A stretch of DNA of 32,000 nucleotides from Candidatus Harpocratesius repetitus. Its GTDB lineage: Archaea; Asgardarchaeota; Lokiarchaeia; Sigyniarchaeales; Promethearchaeaceae. The DNA is taken from contig JAIZWK010000001.1 in NCBI GenBank assembly GCA_021498095.1, positions 2,580,001 to 2,612,000 on the forward strand, read 5' to 3'. Made by a program: the position numbers and the translations under genes. Below the pieces are notes generated by a model. That model worked only from the letters and a program-made list of their open reading frames with translations. It ran no database searches and was not told the DNA's origin. Of this stretch, positions 7,485 through 16,680 are shown in pieces. Each line of letters opens with the position of its first letter. Positions within the stretch are counted from its first letter, which is position 1.

Positions 7485-9944
7485 TTATATCACTCCATTC
7501 CTTTCTGTGCGAATATTTGTAATCATCACTATTGAAAATAAGTTAATATGGTTGATTTGATTGATTTGGTTGATTTGGCTGCCTACTAACGTAACTAAAG
7601 TGGATTTGTCATTTTTTAATGGAGTAATATAATAATCAACGACTTTAAAGGTGTAATCCCCTTCATCCATTCGAATAGTGGCTTCATACATCAACATCTT
7701 AGCTGAATATGCATATTGTTCAAAATCTTCTCCAACTAAGCCACCTATCGCTGCTGTTACTGACATTCCTACCGCAGACATTTTTTCTGTGGCTGTAAAA
7801 TCAGTTCTCCCATGAGTGTATTCCACACTCATACTTCCTGCAGTAACTTTAACTGCACTTTCAAATCCAAAATCCCATTGTTCAGAAGATGTTGTGCTTT
7901 TTGTTATTGTTATCCCTATTTCAGTAAATCCTTCTGAAAGTTGAGTTTGAATGGGATAAGATTTTACAGCACTGGCAAATGTATTTGTTCCATGACTTTG
8001 AATCCATTCATCTTTATCATAATAAGTAAACGGATTTTTTGGATCATAAGGAATGTAAGATTTTAGATAACTATATTCAGGATAAGCATCTATAAAAGCA
8101 TCCAATTCTGCACAAGTTATTACTTTTTCAATTGGAACATTGATATATACGTAAGCACCTGTTCGTTTTCCTGAAATAATTTTGTAAATATATTGCAATA
8201 TATATGTAAAAGAATAGAATACACCATGTTCATTTGATGATAATGCAATTGCTTGACTGAATGTGGTTGAAACTGAAGATGTTTGGCTGTGAGATGTTGT
8301 CCAACTAGCTGAAATCGAAGACTCAATTCCCATTTCAAAAAAAAACAGATCGATATCAGTGCTCATAGTGATGGTAGCTGAATCTGTAACTGAAAAACCT
8401 CGAGTTTGAGATGCTTCTTCTGTTTTTTCCCAACCGATGGTTGTTCCACAGTGGACTAAGCTTTGGCTAATAGAATCGATATTGGGTGCAGCAGCAGCAA
8501 GAACTAGAATTTCAGGAGGTTCAACAATTGATTTCCATCCTTTATACTGCATTATTCTTCCATCACCATCAAAATCTCCTACTGCCAGATAGGGGGGAAA
8601 TGCAATGTTATTTTCCATTTTAACTGAGTTGCAACATACATATTCATCTCTACTGCGCCATGCAATTTCAATCAAGTAATTTCTCCAATCACCCTTATGC
8701 ATACTGGAGATGAGCATTTCATTACAATTATCTGAATCTCTATTTACTCTTATTGCTCTTGCAGGGTATGGAAAATTAGTTTTATATGTAAAAAATCTTT
8801 CTTCATAATTCCTTCCAGCATCATCAAAAATTTTGATATACATGCTACTTCCATGGGTGTACACCAATCCAATTTCATCTGCTGCATCATAATCCCAATT
8901 TCCAACACAAACACAAGGATTTTTTGCATCATCATTAGCATCCCATTTTTTCAAAGAAGAAAAGCTGTGAAGTGCATCATCCAGCACCCATCCATTAGCG
9001 TCTTCGTTATCGTAATTAGTTCCAAACACAACTAATTCTTCCAAACCATCATTGTCAAAATCTCCACCATCAGCCCATGGATTACTGAATCCTCCAGAAC
9101 AAGTATAATATTTGTTATAATAAGAGAATTCAAGTTGTTCGACATCATAATTCCAAAATGAAAGATGCATTCGATGTTGATCAATTGTTTCTGAGGCAAT
9201 AGTTACGATTTCATCGTATGAATCTCCATCAACATCGTTTATTGCCACTGATGGATGTTGATCATCTGTTTTCCAAGTTGTATATACATTATGCAATACT
9301 CCGTTAGAATCTCCAAAAAAGATCATTGTTGTTGATTTTCCTTTAAAGTCTCCCACAACGGCTAGATCTTCGTATTCATCATTATTAATGTAACCAGCTC
9401 TCATTTGAATGTTATTATATGGATTATATGCTGTAAGTTTTTTTGAATAGATTTTTTGATAATTACCACTGCTGTATTTATAGATAATTAATACAAGATT
9501 ATCGACATTATCAATTAATCCTAAAACAACTTCATCTTTTCCATCACCATCAACATCTGCTGCTGTACAAGATGCTCTATCATAACCAGAATTCCAGTCT
9601 GAATCATAAATTTCTTGGAAAGTTTGAGGATCTTCAATATAGAATTTAATTCTACTATTCCATTTATCACGACCTGCAATTAGAATTTCTTCTTCTGGAA
9701 CCATGTTGATAATATCAGCTTTAAATGGCTTTTTTGTTGAAATAAAAGTTTCACTGAACTCCATTGGCTTGGGTTTTTCAATCTTTGTAATTGTAGATTG
9801 ATTATCTTTTTTGTCTTCATGCATATTAATTTTCATTTCGTGGATTAATATGGTTGCAAAGGTTGGTAAAAGCATTAAACTTATAAAAATAGCAAACATT
9901 TTATATCTATTTCTGTATTGGTCTTTGAATTTTCGATATTGCAT
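7485..9944 (-). CDS. FG-GAP/VCBS-repeat beta-propeller protein with Ser/Thr-rich beta-hairpin C-terminal region
   Basis: N-terminal signal/anchor MFAIFISLMLLPTFATILI. Seven D-x-D/N-x-D-x-x-D/E repeats: ADVDGDGKDEVV, GYINNDEYEDLA, NDVDGDSYDEIV, GDFDNDGLEELV, GNWDYDAADEIG, NRDSDNCNEML, GDFDGDGR. C-terminal part (aa ~470-780) has two alternating-polarity Ser/Thr-rich segments. Confidence 0.85.
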   Translation of the reverse strand: MQYRKFKDQYRNRYKMFAIFISLMLLPTFATILIHEMKINMHEDKKDNQSTITKIEKPKPMEFSETFISTKKPFKADIINMVPEEEILIAGRDKWNSRIKFYIEDPQTFQEIYDSDWNSGYDRASCTAADVDGDGKDEVVLGLIDNVDNLVLIIYKYSSGNYQKIYSKKLTAYNPYNNIQMRAGYINNDEYEDLAVVGDFKGKSTTMIFFGDSNGVLHNVYTTWKTDDQHPSVAINDVDGDSYDEIVTIASETIDQHRMHLSFWNYDVEQLEFSYYNKYYTCSGGFSNPWADGGDFDNDGLEELVVFGTNYDNEDANGWVLDDALHSFSSLKKWDANDDAKNPCVCVGNWDYDAADEIGLVYTHGSSMYIKIFDDAGRNYEERFFTYKTNFPYPARAIRVNRDSDNCNEMLISSMHKGDWRNYLIEIAWRSRDEYVCCNSVKMENNIAFPPYLAVGDFDGDGRIMQYKGWKSIVEPPEILVLAAAAPNIDSISQSLVHCGTTIGWEKTEEASQTRGFSVTDSATITMSTDIDLFFFEMGIESSISASWTTSHSQTSSVSTTFSQAIALSSNEHGVFYSFTYILQYIYKIISGKRTGAYVYINVPIEKVITCAELDAFIDAYPEYSYLKSYIPYDPKNPFTYYDKDEWIQSHGTNTFASAVKSYPIQTQLSEGFTEIGITITKSTTSSEQWDFGFESAVKVTAGSMSVEYTHGRTDFTATEKMSAVGMSVTAAIGGLVGEDFEQYAYSAKMLMYEATIRMDEGDYTFKVVDYYITPLKNDKSTLVTLVGSQINQINQINHINLFSIVMITNIRTERNGVI
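7542..7577. repeat. 9-bp coding tandem repeat, 4 copies (encodes QIN-QIN-QIN-HIN)
   Basis: gttaatatg-gttgatttg-attgatttg-gttgatttg on the + strand, inside the 3' end of the 819-aa gene. Confidence 0.8.
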
Positions 9945-10079
9945 AAAAATAAGACAGTATCTTGAATATTTATTTTTTCTTTTTTAGAATGATTATTAAA
10001 AAGAATGTCATATGATTTTTATACAAGCCATTCTAAACCAAATATAAAAATAAAGAGATTTTAAAGCGAGGATCTGTTT

Positions 10080-13000
10080 GTGACAACTTATTTTTTAGGG
10101 ATTGATGTGGGATCCACCACCACAAAAATCATCCTAATGAATTCTGAAAAAGAAATTCTTTTTTACCGCTACAACCGACATAATGCCAAACCACGGATAA
10201 CACTAATACATCAAATTCAAGAAATGATCGACTTTATCGATAATGTTCCAGTTTATCTGGCGATTACTGGATCTGCTGGAATGGGTATAGCTGAACGATT
10301 CTCTTTTCCATTTGTGCAAGAAGTGGTAGTATCTGCTGAGGTGATACAAGAATTATATCCAGAAGTCAGAACATTGATTGATATTGGAGGGGAAGATGCT
10401 AAAGTCATTTTTTTTAATAACGATTTAAAACCTGACATACGTATGAACGGTAATTGTGCAGGAGGAACAGGTGCATTTATCGATCAAATGGCCACTCTTC
10501 TTGATATTTCTCCACAAGAATTGAATAACATTGCAAAAGGAGTTAGAAATTTTCATCCTATAGCATCACGTTGTGGCGTATTTGCAAAAACAGATGTACA
10601 AAATTTAATCAGTAAACAAATTCCTTTACATGATATTGCTGCATCTATTTATCGAGCAGTCGCTTTTCAAACATTTAGTTCGTTAGCTCGTGGAACAGAA
10701 GTTAAATCGAAAGTAGTTTTTACAGGGGGGCCGTTGACTTTTCAATCTGAACTTAAAAAGGCATTTATTCACGTTTTGGGAATTAAATCTTGTGATCTTA
10801 AAGAGGTTGCACATCCCGAATTGTTTCCTGCTGTAGGTGCGGCTTTACATATACGCTTACAAAATAATAATGAAATTCAAAATCAAAATCAAATTCAAAA
10901 TCAAATTCAAAATCAAAATCAATTTTCTTCTATTTCTCAAAGAAAATATTTCATATATTTGAATGATTTAATTCAAATATTATCTTGTGAAAATAATATT
11001 GATTTTTCTCAGACACCCCGTCTACCTCCTCTTTTTGCTTCAACTGAAGAGTATAATAAGTGGTTGGCAACAAAAACTCAAATTTCAATGCCTCTTCTTC
11101 TAAATAAATCAGGAAATGAAGAATCTTTTTTTTTAGGAATAGATTCAGGTTCAACTACTACCAAAATTGCTGTAATTAATTCTTCAGGAAAAATTGCAGC
11201 ACATTATTATGCAAATAATAAAGGTAATCCGATCCAAGCAGTAATTCTTGGTTTGAAAGCTGTTGAAGATTCGTTAAATCGACATTTTCCCCAATTTCAA
11301 ATTCTCTATACTGCAGTTACTGGATATGGTGAAGAATTAATTCGTTTTGCTTTTAATTTGGATGATAGCTTAGTTGAAACAATTGCACATTATAAAGCAG
11401 CTGCATTCTTTGACCCAGACGTGAGTTTTATATTGGATATCGGCGGACAGGATATGAAAGCGATTTTTTGTAACCAGCAAGTTATCCAAAATATTGAATT
11501 AAATGAATCATGCAGTTCTGGATGTGGATCTTTTATTGAGAATTTTGCTCAAAATTTGGGCCTTGAAGTGGAGACTTTTGCTGAAAAAGCCTGTATCGCT
11601 CATCATCCATGTGATCTGGGGACCCGTTGTACCGTTTTTATGAATTCCAAAGTGAAGCAAGCCCTACGAGAAAATGCTTCAATTGGAGATATTGCAGCAG
11701 GATTAGCGGTTTCAGTAATTAAAAATTGTTTTCAAAAAGTATTAAAACTAACCGACACCAATCAATTAGGTGATAATATTGTTGTACAAGGGGGATCATT
11801 TAAGAATTCGGCTGTTTTACGCGCTCTTGAACAATATTTAGGGAGGGTGGTAATTCGTCCTCAGTATCCTGAATTAATGGGTGCATTTGGCGCGGCACTT
11901 TATGCTCAAGAGAAATATGGATTATTGAGTAAACTCCCAAAAAAAAATGAAGAATCATCTATAAAATCATCATTTATTGGCTTTTCTAATCTTGAAGATG
12001 CAACTAATTTTACTCGATCTCATGTTCGTTGCAGTGGTTGTGAGAATCAATGTCAAATCTCCATTCTCCGGTTTAAATCCGGCAAAAAATACTATACAGG
12101 TAATAAATGTGAAAGGATCTTTACAAATTCCTTAAATTCTAAGAAAAGAGGGGTAAACCTTTACGAATGGAAAACTAAGCAGATTTTCAAGCAAGATTTA
12201 AAACAAGATATTGAAAAGAATGATTATCAACTTTGTCATAATAAAGTTCGTGTAGGAATTCCTCGTGTATTAAATCTTTGGGAAGATTTTCCATTTTGGA
12301 ATGTTCTTTTTAATGAATGTGGTTTTGAAGTCGTAATCTCAGATCCTTCAACAATGGCTTTAGCAGAATCTGGATATGGTACTGTGATGTCAGAAAATAT
12401 CTGTTTTCCCGCTAAAATTGTAAATGGCCACATTATGAATCTTATTGAAAAACGAGTAAATCGCATTTTTTATCCAATGGTGCGCTATAATCGAATTGAA
12501 CATCCTGAACATACAAACCATTATAATTGTCCAATCGTTTCTGGTTATCCTGAGGTAATCCAATCTAGTATTAAGCCCTTCGAGAAATTTGGGATTCCAT
12601 TTGATTTTTTTCCAATGACATGGATTTCTAAAAAACAAGCAGAAAAACTATGTTGGCAATATTTTTCCAAATTAGGAGTATCAAAATCTCGGTTTACTCG
12701 GGCTTTTCAATCAGCTCATGATAATTATATAGAAGTTAAAAAAAAGATTTCACAAAAGGCTCAAAAAGTATTCAAATCTATTCAAGCAAATAACGAGTTA
12801 GCGATTCTTTTATTAGGTCGTCCATATCATCTCGATGCTTTAATAAACCATAAAATTCCGGAAATGATCTCGGCTTTAGGAGTGCATGTTTTAACAGAAG
12901 ACATTATTCCTGTGGAAGAGCGAGGAAGTTTGAATGAAGTAGAAGTATTAACACAATGGACTTTTTCAAATAGAATGTATGATTGTGCTCTTTGGGCCAA

Positions 13001-14528
13001 AAATCATCCAAATGTAGAAGTAATTCAATTAAATTCCTTTGGATGTGGTCCGGATGCAGTTTCTATTGATGAAATCAATTTAGTTCTTAATTTAGCAGGA
13101 AAAAATTCTACTGTTCTGAGAATTGATGAAATCAGCAGCCCAGGTTCTGTAAAACTAAGAATTCGAAGTCTCATTGAATCTTTAAAAATGCGTTTTCAAA
13201 CGCATCAATCTAAGAATATGCTCCGTTTATCTCCACCCGTGTTTACTGAAAAAGATAAGAAAAGAATTATTTTAGCACCTGAGTTTTCTCCTTTTTATAC
13301 TCGATTTTTAACTGTTGCTTTTGAAAATGAGGGTTATAAAATAGATGTATTACCATCACCAAATCAAAAAAGTATTGAACTTGGATTAAAATACTCAAAT
13401 AATGACATTTGCTACCCTGCATCCATAGTTATTGGCGATTTAATTCAAGCGTTGAAGTCAGGAAAATATGATCCTTCAAAAGTAGCAGTAGGTATTACTC
13501 AAACAGGTGGACAATGTCGTGCATCGACTTATGCAGCACTTATCAAAAAAGCATTGATCAATGCTGGTTTCAATCAAACACCAGTAATAACTGTTATGGC
13601 TACTACAAGCCGTTTACTCAATGAACAGCCTGATTTTTCTTTAAATCCGATAAAATTTAATTATTGTGCTCTTTTCGGTATTATTTATGCTGATTGTATA
13701 GCAAAACTCTACTATCGCACTGCAGTTAGAGAAAAAATTCCAGGAACAAGTTGGAAACTGGTTGAAAAATTCATTGATAAAGCGCTTCCATTGATGAAGT
13801 TTGGAGCACATCGACAATTGCTTAGCTTATTAAATGAAGCTGTTGAATCATTCAATCAAATTCCTATTGATATTGCAGAGAAACCAAAAGTCGGGATTGT
13901 AGGCGAAATTTATGTTAAATTTAATCCATTTGCTAACAATTATATTGTTGATTGGTTAATGAAACGTGGGATAGAAGTTGAAGTATCTCCATTGTTACCC
14001 TTTTTTTTGAATATCTTTGTATCAAATCAGTATAATCATAATCAACATATAACTCCACGTTCAAAAACTTATCTTACTTTATTGAAAGTAGGTGATAAAT
14101 TAATTGCCCGTTATTTAGATAAAGTAAACTTTATTCTGAGAAAGTTTCATATTCCTATAGTGCCCTTTCCTAAAATATGGGATATCGCTAATGAAGCTAA
14201 GAGAGTATTATGTCTTAATCACCAATATGGAGAAGGGTGGATGCTCTCTGGCGAGATTGGTCTTCTATATCGTCATGGCATTAAAGATATTTTGTGCCTT
14301 CAACCTTTTGGTTGTATCGCTAATCATATTGTTGCAAAAGGTGTGGAGAAAAAACTCCGAGCAGTTTATCCTGAATTAAATGTATTATACTTAGATATGG
14401 ATTCTGGTACAAGTGAAGTCAATATTACTAATAGATTGGAATTTTTAATTAAAGGTGCACATTTTTCATTTTCACATTCAAATCATAATCAGAAAAAGAA
14501 GGCTCTTTCAAAAATATCAATCCTTTAG
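10080..14528 (+). CDS. Fused double CoA-substrate-specific enzyme activase (BadF/BadG/BcrA/BcrD-type ATPase x2) plus DUF2229/2-hydroxyacyl-CoA dehydratase-like domains
   Basis: GIDVGSTTTK/DIGGED/NGNCAGGTG/ASRCGVF, repeated as GIDSGSTTTK/DIGGQD/NESCSSGCG/GTRCTVF; Cys linker CSGCENQC…GNKCE; ENICFPAK, YNCPIV, SFGCGPD, DICYPA, GGQCRAS, PFGCIANH. GTG start. Confidence 0.92.
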   Translation: MTTYFLGIDVGSTTTKIILMNSEKEILFYRYNRHNAKPRITLIHQIQEMIDFIDNVPVYLAITGSAGMGIAERFSFPFVQEVVVSAEVIQELYPEVRTLIDIGGEDAKVIFFNNDLKPDIRMNGNCAGGTGAFIDQMATLLDISPQELNNIAKGVRNFHPIASRCGVFAKTDVQNLISKQIPLHDIAASIYRAVAFQTFSSLARGTEVKSKVVFTGGPLTFQSELKKAFIHVLGIKSCDLKEVAHPELFPAVGAALHIRLQNNNEIQNQNQIQNQIQNQNQFSSISQRKYFIYLNDLIQILSCENNIDFSQTPRLPPLFASTEEYNKWLATKTQISMPLLLNKSGNEESFFLGIDSGSTTTKIAVINSSGKIAAHYYANNKGNPIQAVILGLKAVEDSLNRHFPQFQILYTAVTGYGEELIRFAFNLDDSLVETIAHYKAAAFFDPDVSFILDIGGQDMKAIFCNQQVIQNIELNESCSSGCGSFIENFAQNLGLEVETFAEKACIAHHPCDLGTRCTVFMNSKVKQALRENASIGDIAAGLAVSVIKNCFQKVLKLTDTNQLGDNIVVQGGSFKNSAVLRALEQYLGRVVIRPQYPELMGAFGAALYAQEKYGLLSKLPKKNEESSIKSSFIGFSNLEDATNFTRSHVRCSGCENQCQISILRFKSGKKYYTGNKCERIFTNSLNSKKRGVNLYEWKTKQIFKQDLKQDIEKNDYQLCHNKVRVGIPRVLNLWEDFPFWNVLFNECGFEVVISDPSTMALAESGYGTVMSENICFPAKIVNGHIMNLIEKRVNRIFYPMVRYNRIEHPEHTNHYNCPIVSGYPEVIQSSIKPFEKFGIPFDFFPMTWISKKQAEKLCWQYFSKLGVSKSRFTRAFQSAHDNYIEVKKKISQKAQKVFKSIQANNELAILLLGRPYHLDALINHKIPEMISALGVHVLTEDIIPVEERGSLNEVEVLTQWTFSNRMYDCALWAKNHPNVEVIQLNSFGCGPDAVSIDEINLVLNLAGKNSTVLRIDEISSPGSVKLRIRSLIESLKMRFQTHQSKNMLRLSPPVFTEKDKKRIILAPEFSPFYTRFLTVAFENEGYKIDVLPSPNQKSIELGLKYSNNDICYPASIVIGDLIQALKSGKYDPSKVAVGITQTGGQCRASTYAALIKKALINAGFNQTPVITVMATTSRLLNEQPDFSLNPIKFNYCALFGIIYADCIAKLYYRTAVREKIPGTSWKLVEKFIDKALPLMKFGAHRQLLSLLNEAVESFNQIPIDIAEKPKVGIVGEIYVKFNPFANNYIVDWLMKRGIEVEVSPLLPFFLNIFVSNQYNHNQHITPRSKTYLTLLKVGDKLIARYLDKVNFILRKFHIPIVPFPKIWDIANEAKRVLCLNHQYGEGWMLSGEIGLLYRHGIKDILCLQPFGCIANHIVAKGVEKKLRAVYPELNVLYLDMDSGTSEVNITNRLEFLIKGAHFSFSHSNHNQKKKALSKISIL
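10875..10922 (+). repeat. Coding CAAAAT/CAAATT microrepeat encoding a Gln/Asn linker (IQNQNQIQNQIQNQNQ)
   Basis: attcaaaatcaaaatcaa-attcaaaatcaa-attcaaaatcaaaatcaa, located between the two activase domains. Confidence 0.8.
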
Positions 14529-14563
14529 TATTTTTTCGATATATCTTTATGTTTCTTTACTTT

Positions 14564-14645
14564 ATTTTTGATCTATTTTTTTGATCTATTTTTTTGATCT
14601 ATTTTTTTGACCTATATTTTTGATCCATATTTTTGACCCATTTTT
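14564..14645. repeat. 13-bp T-rich tandem repeat (ATTTTTTTGATCT), about 6 copies; may double as a terminator
   Basis: atttttgatct-atttttttgatct-atttttttgatct-atttttttgacct-atatttttgatcc-atatttttgaccc, about 35 nt after the activase stop. Confidence 0.85.
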
Positions 14646-14865
14646 TTCCCAAACTTTATAAATATTAATTACGGTAAGGTAGATATTCGGTTAAACACAC
14701 TTAATGTAATTCTCCGAAATTGATGTTCTTCTCCAATGGACACGAAATCACACATACACCGGTAGGATGGGCATATAATTAGCTTCTCTTGTCCACTAAC
14801 TCCCACTTGGAATCATTCCGCTCCCATTGTTTGAAGATCTCTAATTATTTTCAATTATTAATGAA

Positions 14866-16512
14866 GTGGTGAAAATGTCTCTCTCAATAGTATTGCAGAT
14901 TATTATTGGTCTCTGCTTTATTGGTATTGTAATAGTGCTCTTTTTAGAATCGCAAGATTACCTTACATATTCCATTATTTTTGTTTTAATAATCGGCCTC
15001 TCAACATATTTTCTTCGAGGAATGAATACATCTGAGCTGGAAGGGATTATTTTAGCTGTCGATTGGGATGTGATTATTTTTTTGATCTGTTTATTTTCTA
15101 TTGTAGAAATTCTAAATACACAGCAGGTTTTTCAGCAAATTGCCATAAAAATTGTTAATAGGTTTGCACTACATCCTCGAGGTTTTTTTTACGCAATATG
15201 CATTACATCAACAATGATTGCAACAATTATTGAAGATCTCAGCGTAGCGATTATTTTTATTCCAATTGTAATCCAAGCTTGTCGTGGAATTCGAATTAGT
15301 CCTGTACCTTATATGTTTGGTATCACAATTTGCATCAATTTAGCAAGCACCCTTACTCCGTTTGGATCTGCTGAAAATATTATTATCGCAAATCATTTCA
15401 GTCTTTCACTTCACTGGCATTTGGTTAATTTAGGGATTTACTTTGTAGTAGTGCTTTTTATTACTTTATTTTTACTTGATCGGTTTTTATTGACATTTTA
15501 CCTTAAACGATATTATTATGACTTATATACTGCTATTCCTGGATATTTTAATCCCAATCTAATTACATTCCAAGAAAATCCAAAGGGTATGCTTCCTGAA
15601 TCTATTAAAAAAAGTAATAATATAAAAATTAAAACAAAAACCCAACTTCAAAAAAATCCGCCTTCACATCATTTGAGGGATGAATTTTTGAAAAATGCTC
15701 GCCTAAAAGAGATTAAAGAAAGAGTCTTTCGATCTATCGAGCAAGCTCAAGCAAATTCTGTTAGAAACGGAAATGATATGATTTCAATAACGGTTTCTGA
15801 AGTTCAATTAAAAAATATAATTGAACATCGAAAAAAAAATCCCAAAATTGATGTCTTAACAATGAAAAGTAATCGAGAAAGTTTTAAACGAAATATGATA
15901 GGTTTATTGATATTCACTGTAATTTTAATTTTAATCCCAAAAATTGTAATTGCAGGTTTAATTGGGCTTTTATTATTTGTTTTTATAAATCCAATTCAAA
16001 CTTCAAATGGAAAGAAAATTGCTTCTGTTTCACATTATTTTAAAAAAATAGATGCTAAGCTTATTTATTTCTTTTCAATTCTGTTTATTACAGTCTATTT
16101 TATGGATTTGGCAGGCATAACTTATTGGATAGATGTTTTAGTCGAGAATTGGGGGCATCATGATGTCTTTTTAATTTCTGTTGCAATTTTGGTGATAACT
16201 TCTATTCTTTCAGGATTTTTAGACGATGCACCGATAACAATTATGTTTTTGCCAATAATTGATAATCTTCTCCTTATGTACAATCATCCAGGTAATCCTA
16301 TTTTTATTGCTTTTACTTTGGGAATTAATCTTGGGGGAAATTTCTTACCTCAAGGTGCTGCTTGTGATATGATGACCTTAGAACTAGCCAAAAAGAACAA
16401 GGTGGAAGGGTTTACTTATCAATCGCTAATGGTTATTGGAGGTTTGTTTGCATTACTTCATGTTTTGCTTGGTATAGGATATATTTATTTCTATCTACTT
16501 ATTACTTTATAG
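14866..16512 (+). CDS. ArsB/NhaD/CitMHS (ion transporter superfamily) permease, divergent
   Basis: Multi-TM protein with VDWDVIIFL, NLASTLTPFGSAENIII and GINLGGNFLPQGAACD, matching the two-repeat IT-superfamily pattern. The start may be the ATG at 14875. Confidence 0.85.
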   Translation: MVKMSLSIVLQIIIGLCFIGIVIVLFLESQDYLTYSIIFVLIIGLSTYFLRGMNTSELEGIILAVDWDVIIFLICLFSIVEILNTQQVFQQIAIKIVNRFALHPRGFFYAICITSTMIATIIEDLSVAIIFIPIVIQACRGIRISPVPYMFGITICINLASTLTPFGSAENIIIANHFSLSLHWHLVNLGIYFVVVLFITLFLLDRFLLTFYLKRYYYDLYTAIPGYFNPNLITFQENPKGMLPESIKKSNNIKIKTKTQLQKNPPSHHLRDEFLKNARLKEIKERVFRSIEQAQANSVRNGNDMISITVSEVQLKNIIEHRKKNPKIDVLTMKSNRESFKRNMIGLLIFTVILILIPKIVIAGLIGLLLFVFINPIQTSNGKKIASVSHYFKKIDAKLIYFFSILFITVYFMDLAGITYWIDVLVENWGHHDVFLISVAILVITSILSGFLDDAPITIMFLPIIDNLLLMYNHPGNPIFIAFTLGINLGGNFLPQGAACDMMTLELAKKNKVEGFTYQSLMVIGGLFALLHVLLGIGYIYFYLLITL

Positions 16513-16680
16513 AATTTTTACCATATATATTCTAAAAGACTTATATGTAATGGAGATGGAATCTTTATTTCTTATAAACTTAATTTAGGAATAAAAAGAC
16601 TAAAAATAAAAAAGACTAAATGAAAGAATAGAAAAGATATAATAAAAGGGAAAAAGAGTAAAAAATCGGCAAATAATTAA

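Noticed and set aside
4680-14379. Short ORFs nested in or antisense to the 920-aa, 819-aa and 1482-aa genes
   Set aside because: Shadow or alternate-frame ORFs of 60-82 aa with no motifs or RBS support.
14813-14815. Selenoprotein call for the TGA-containing small frame
   Set aside because: No recognisable redox motif around the TGA and no SECIS-like element identified; kept only as an unexplained GC island.
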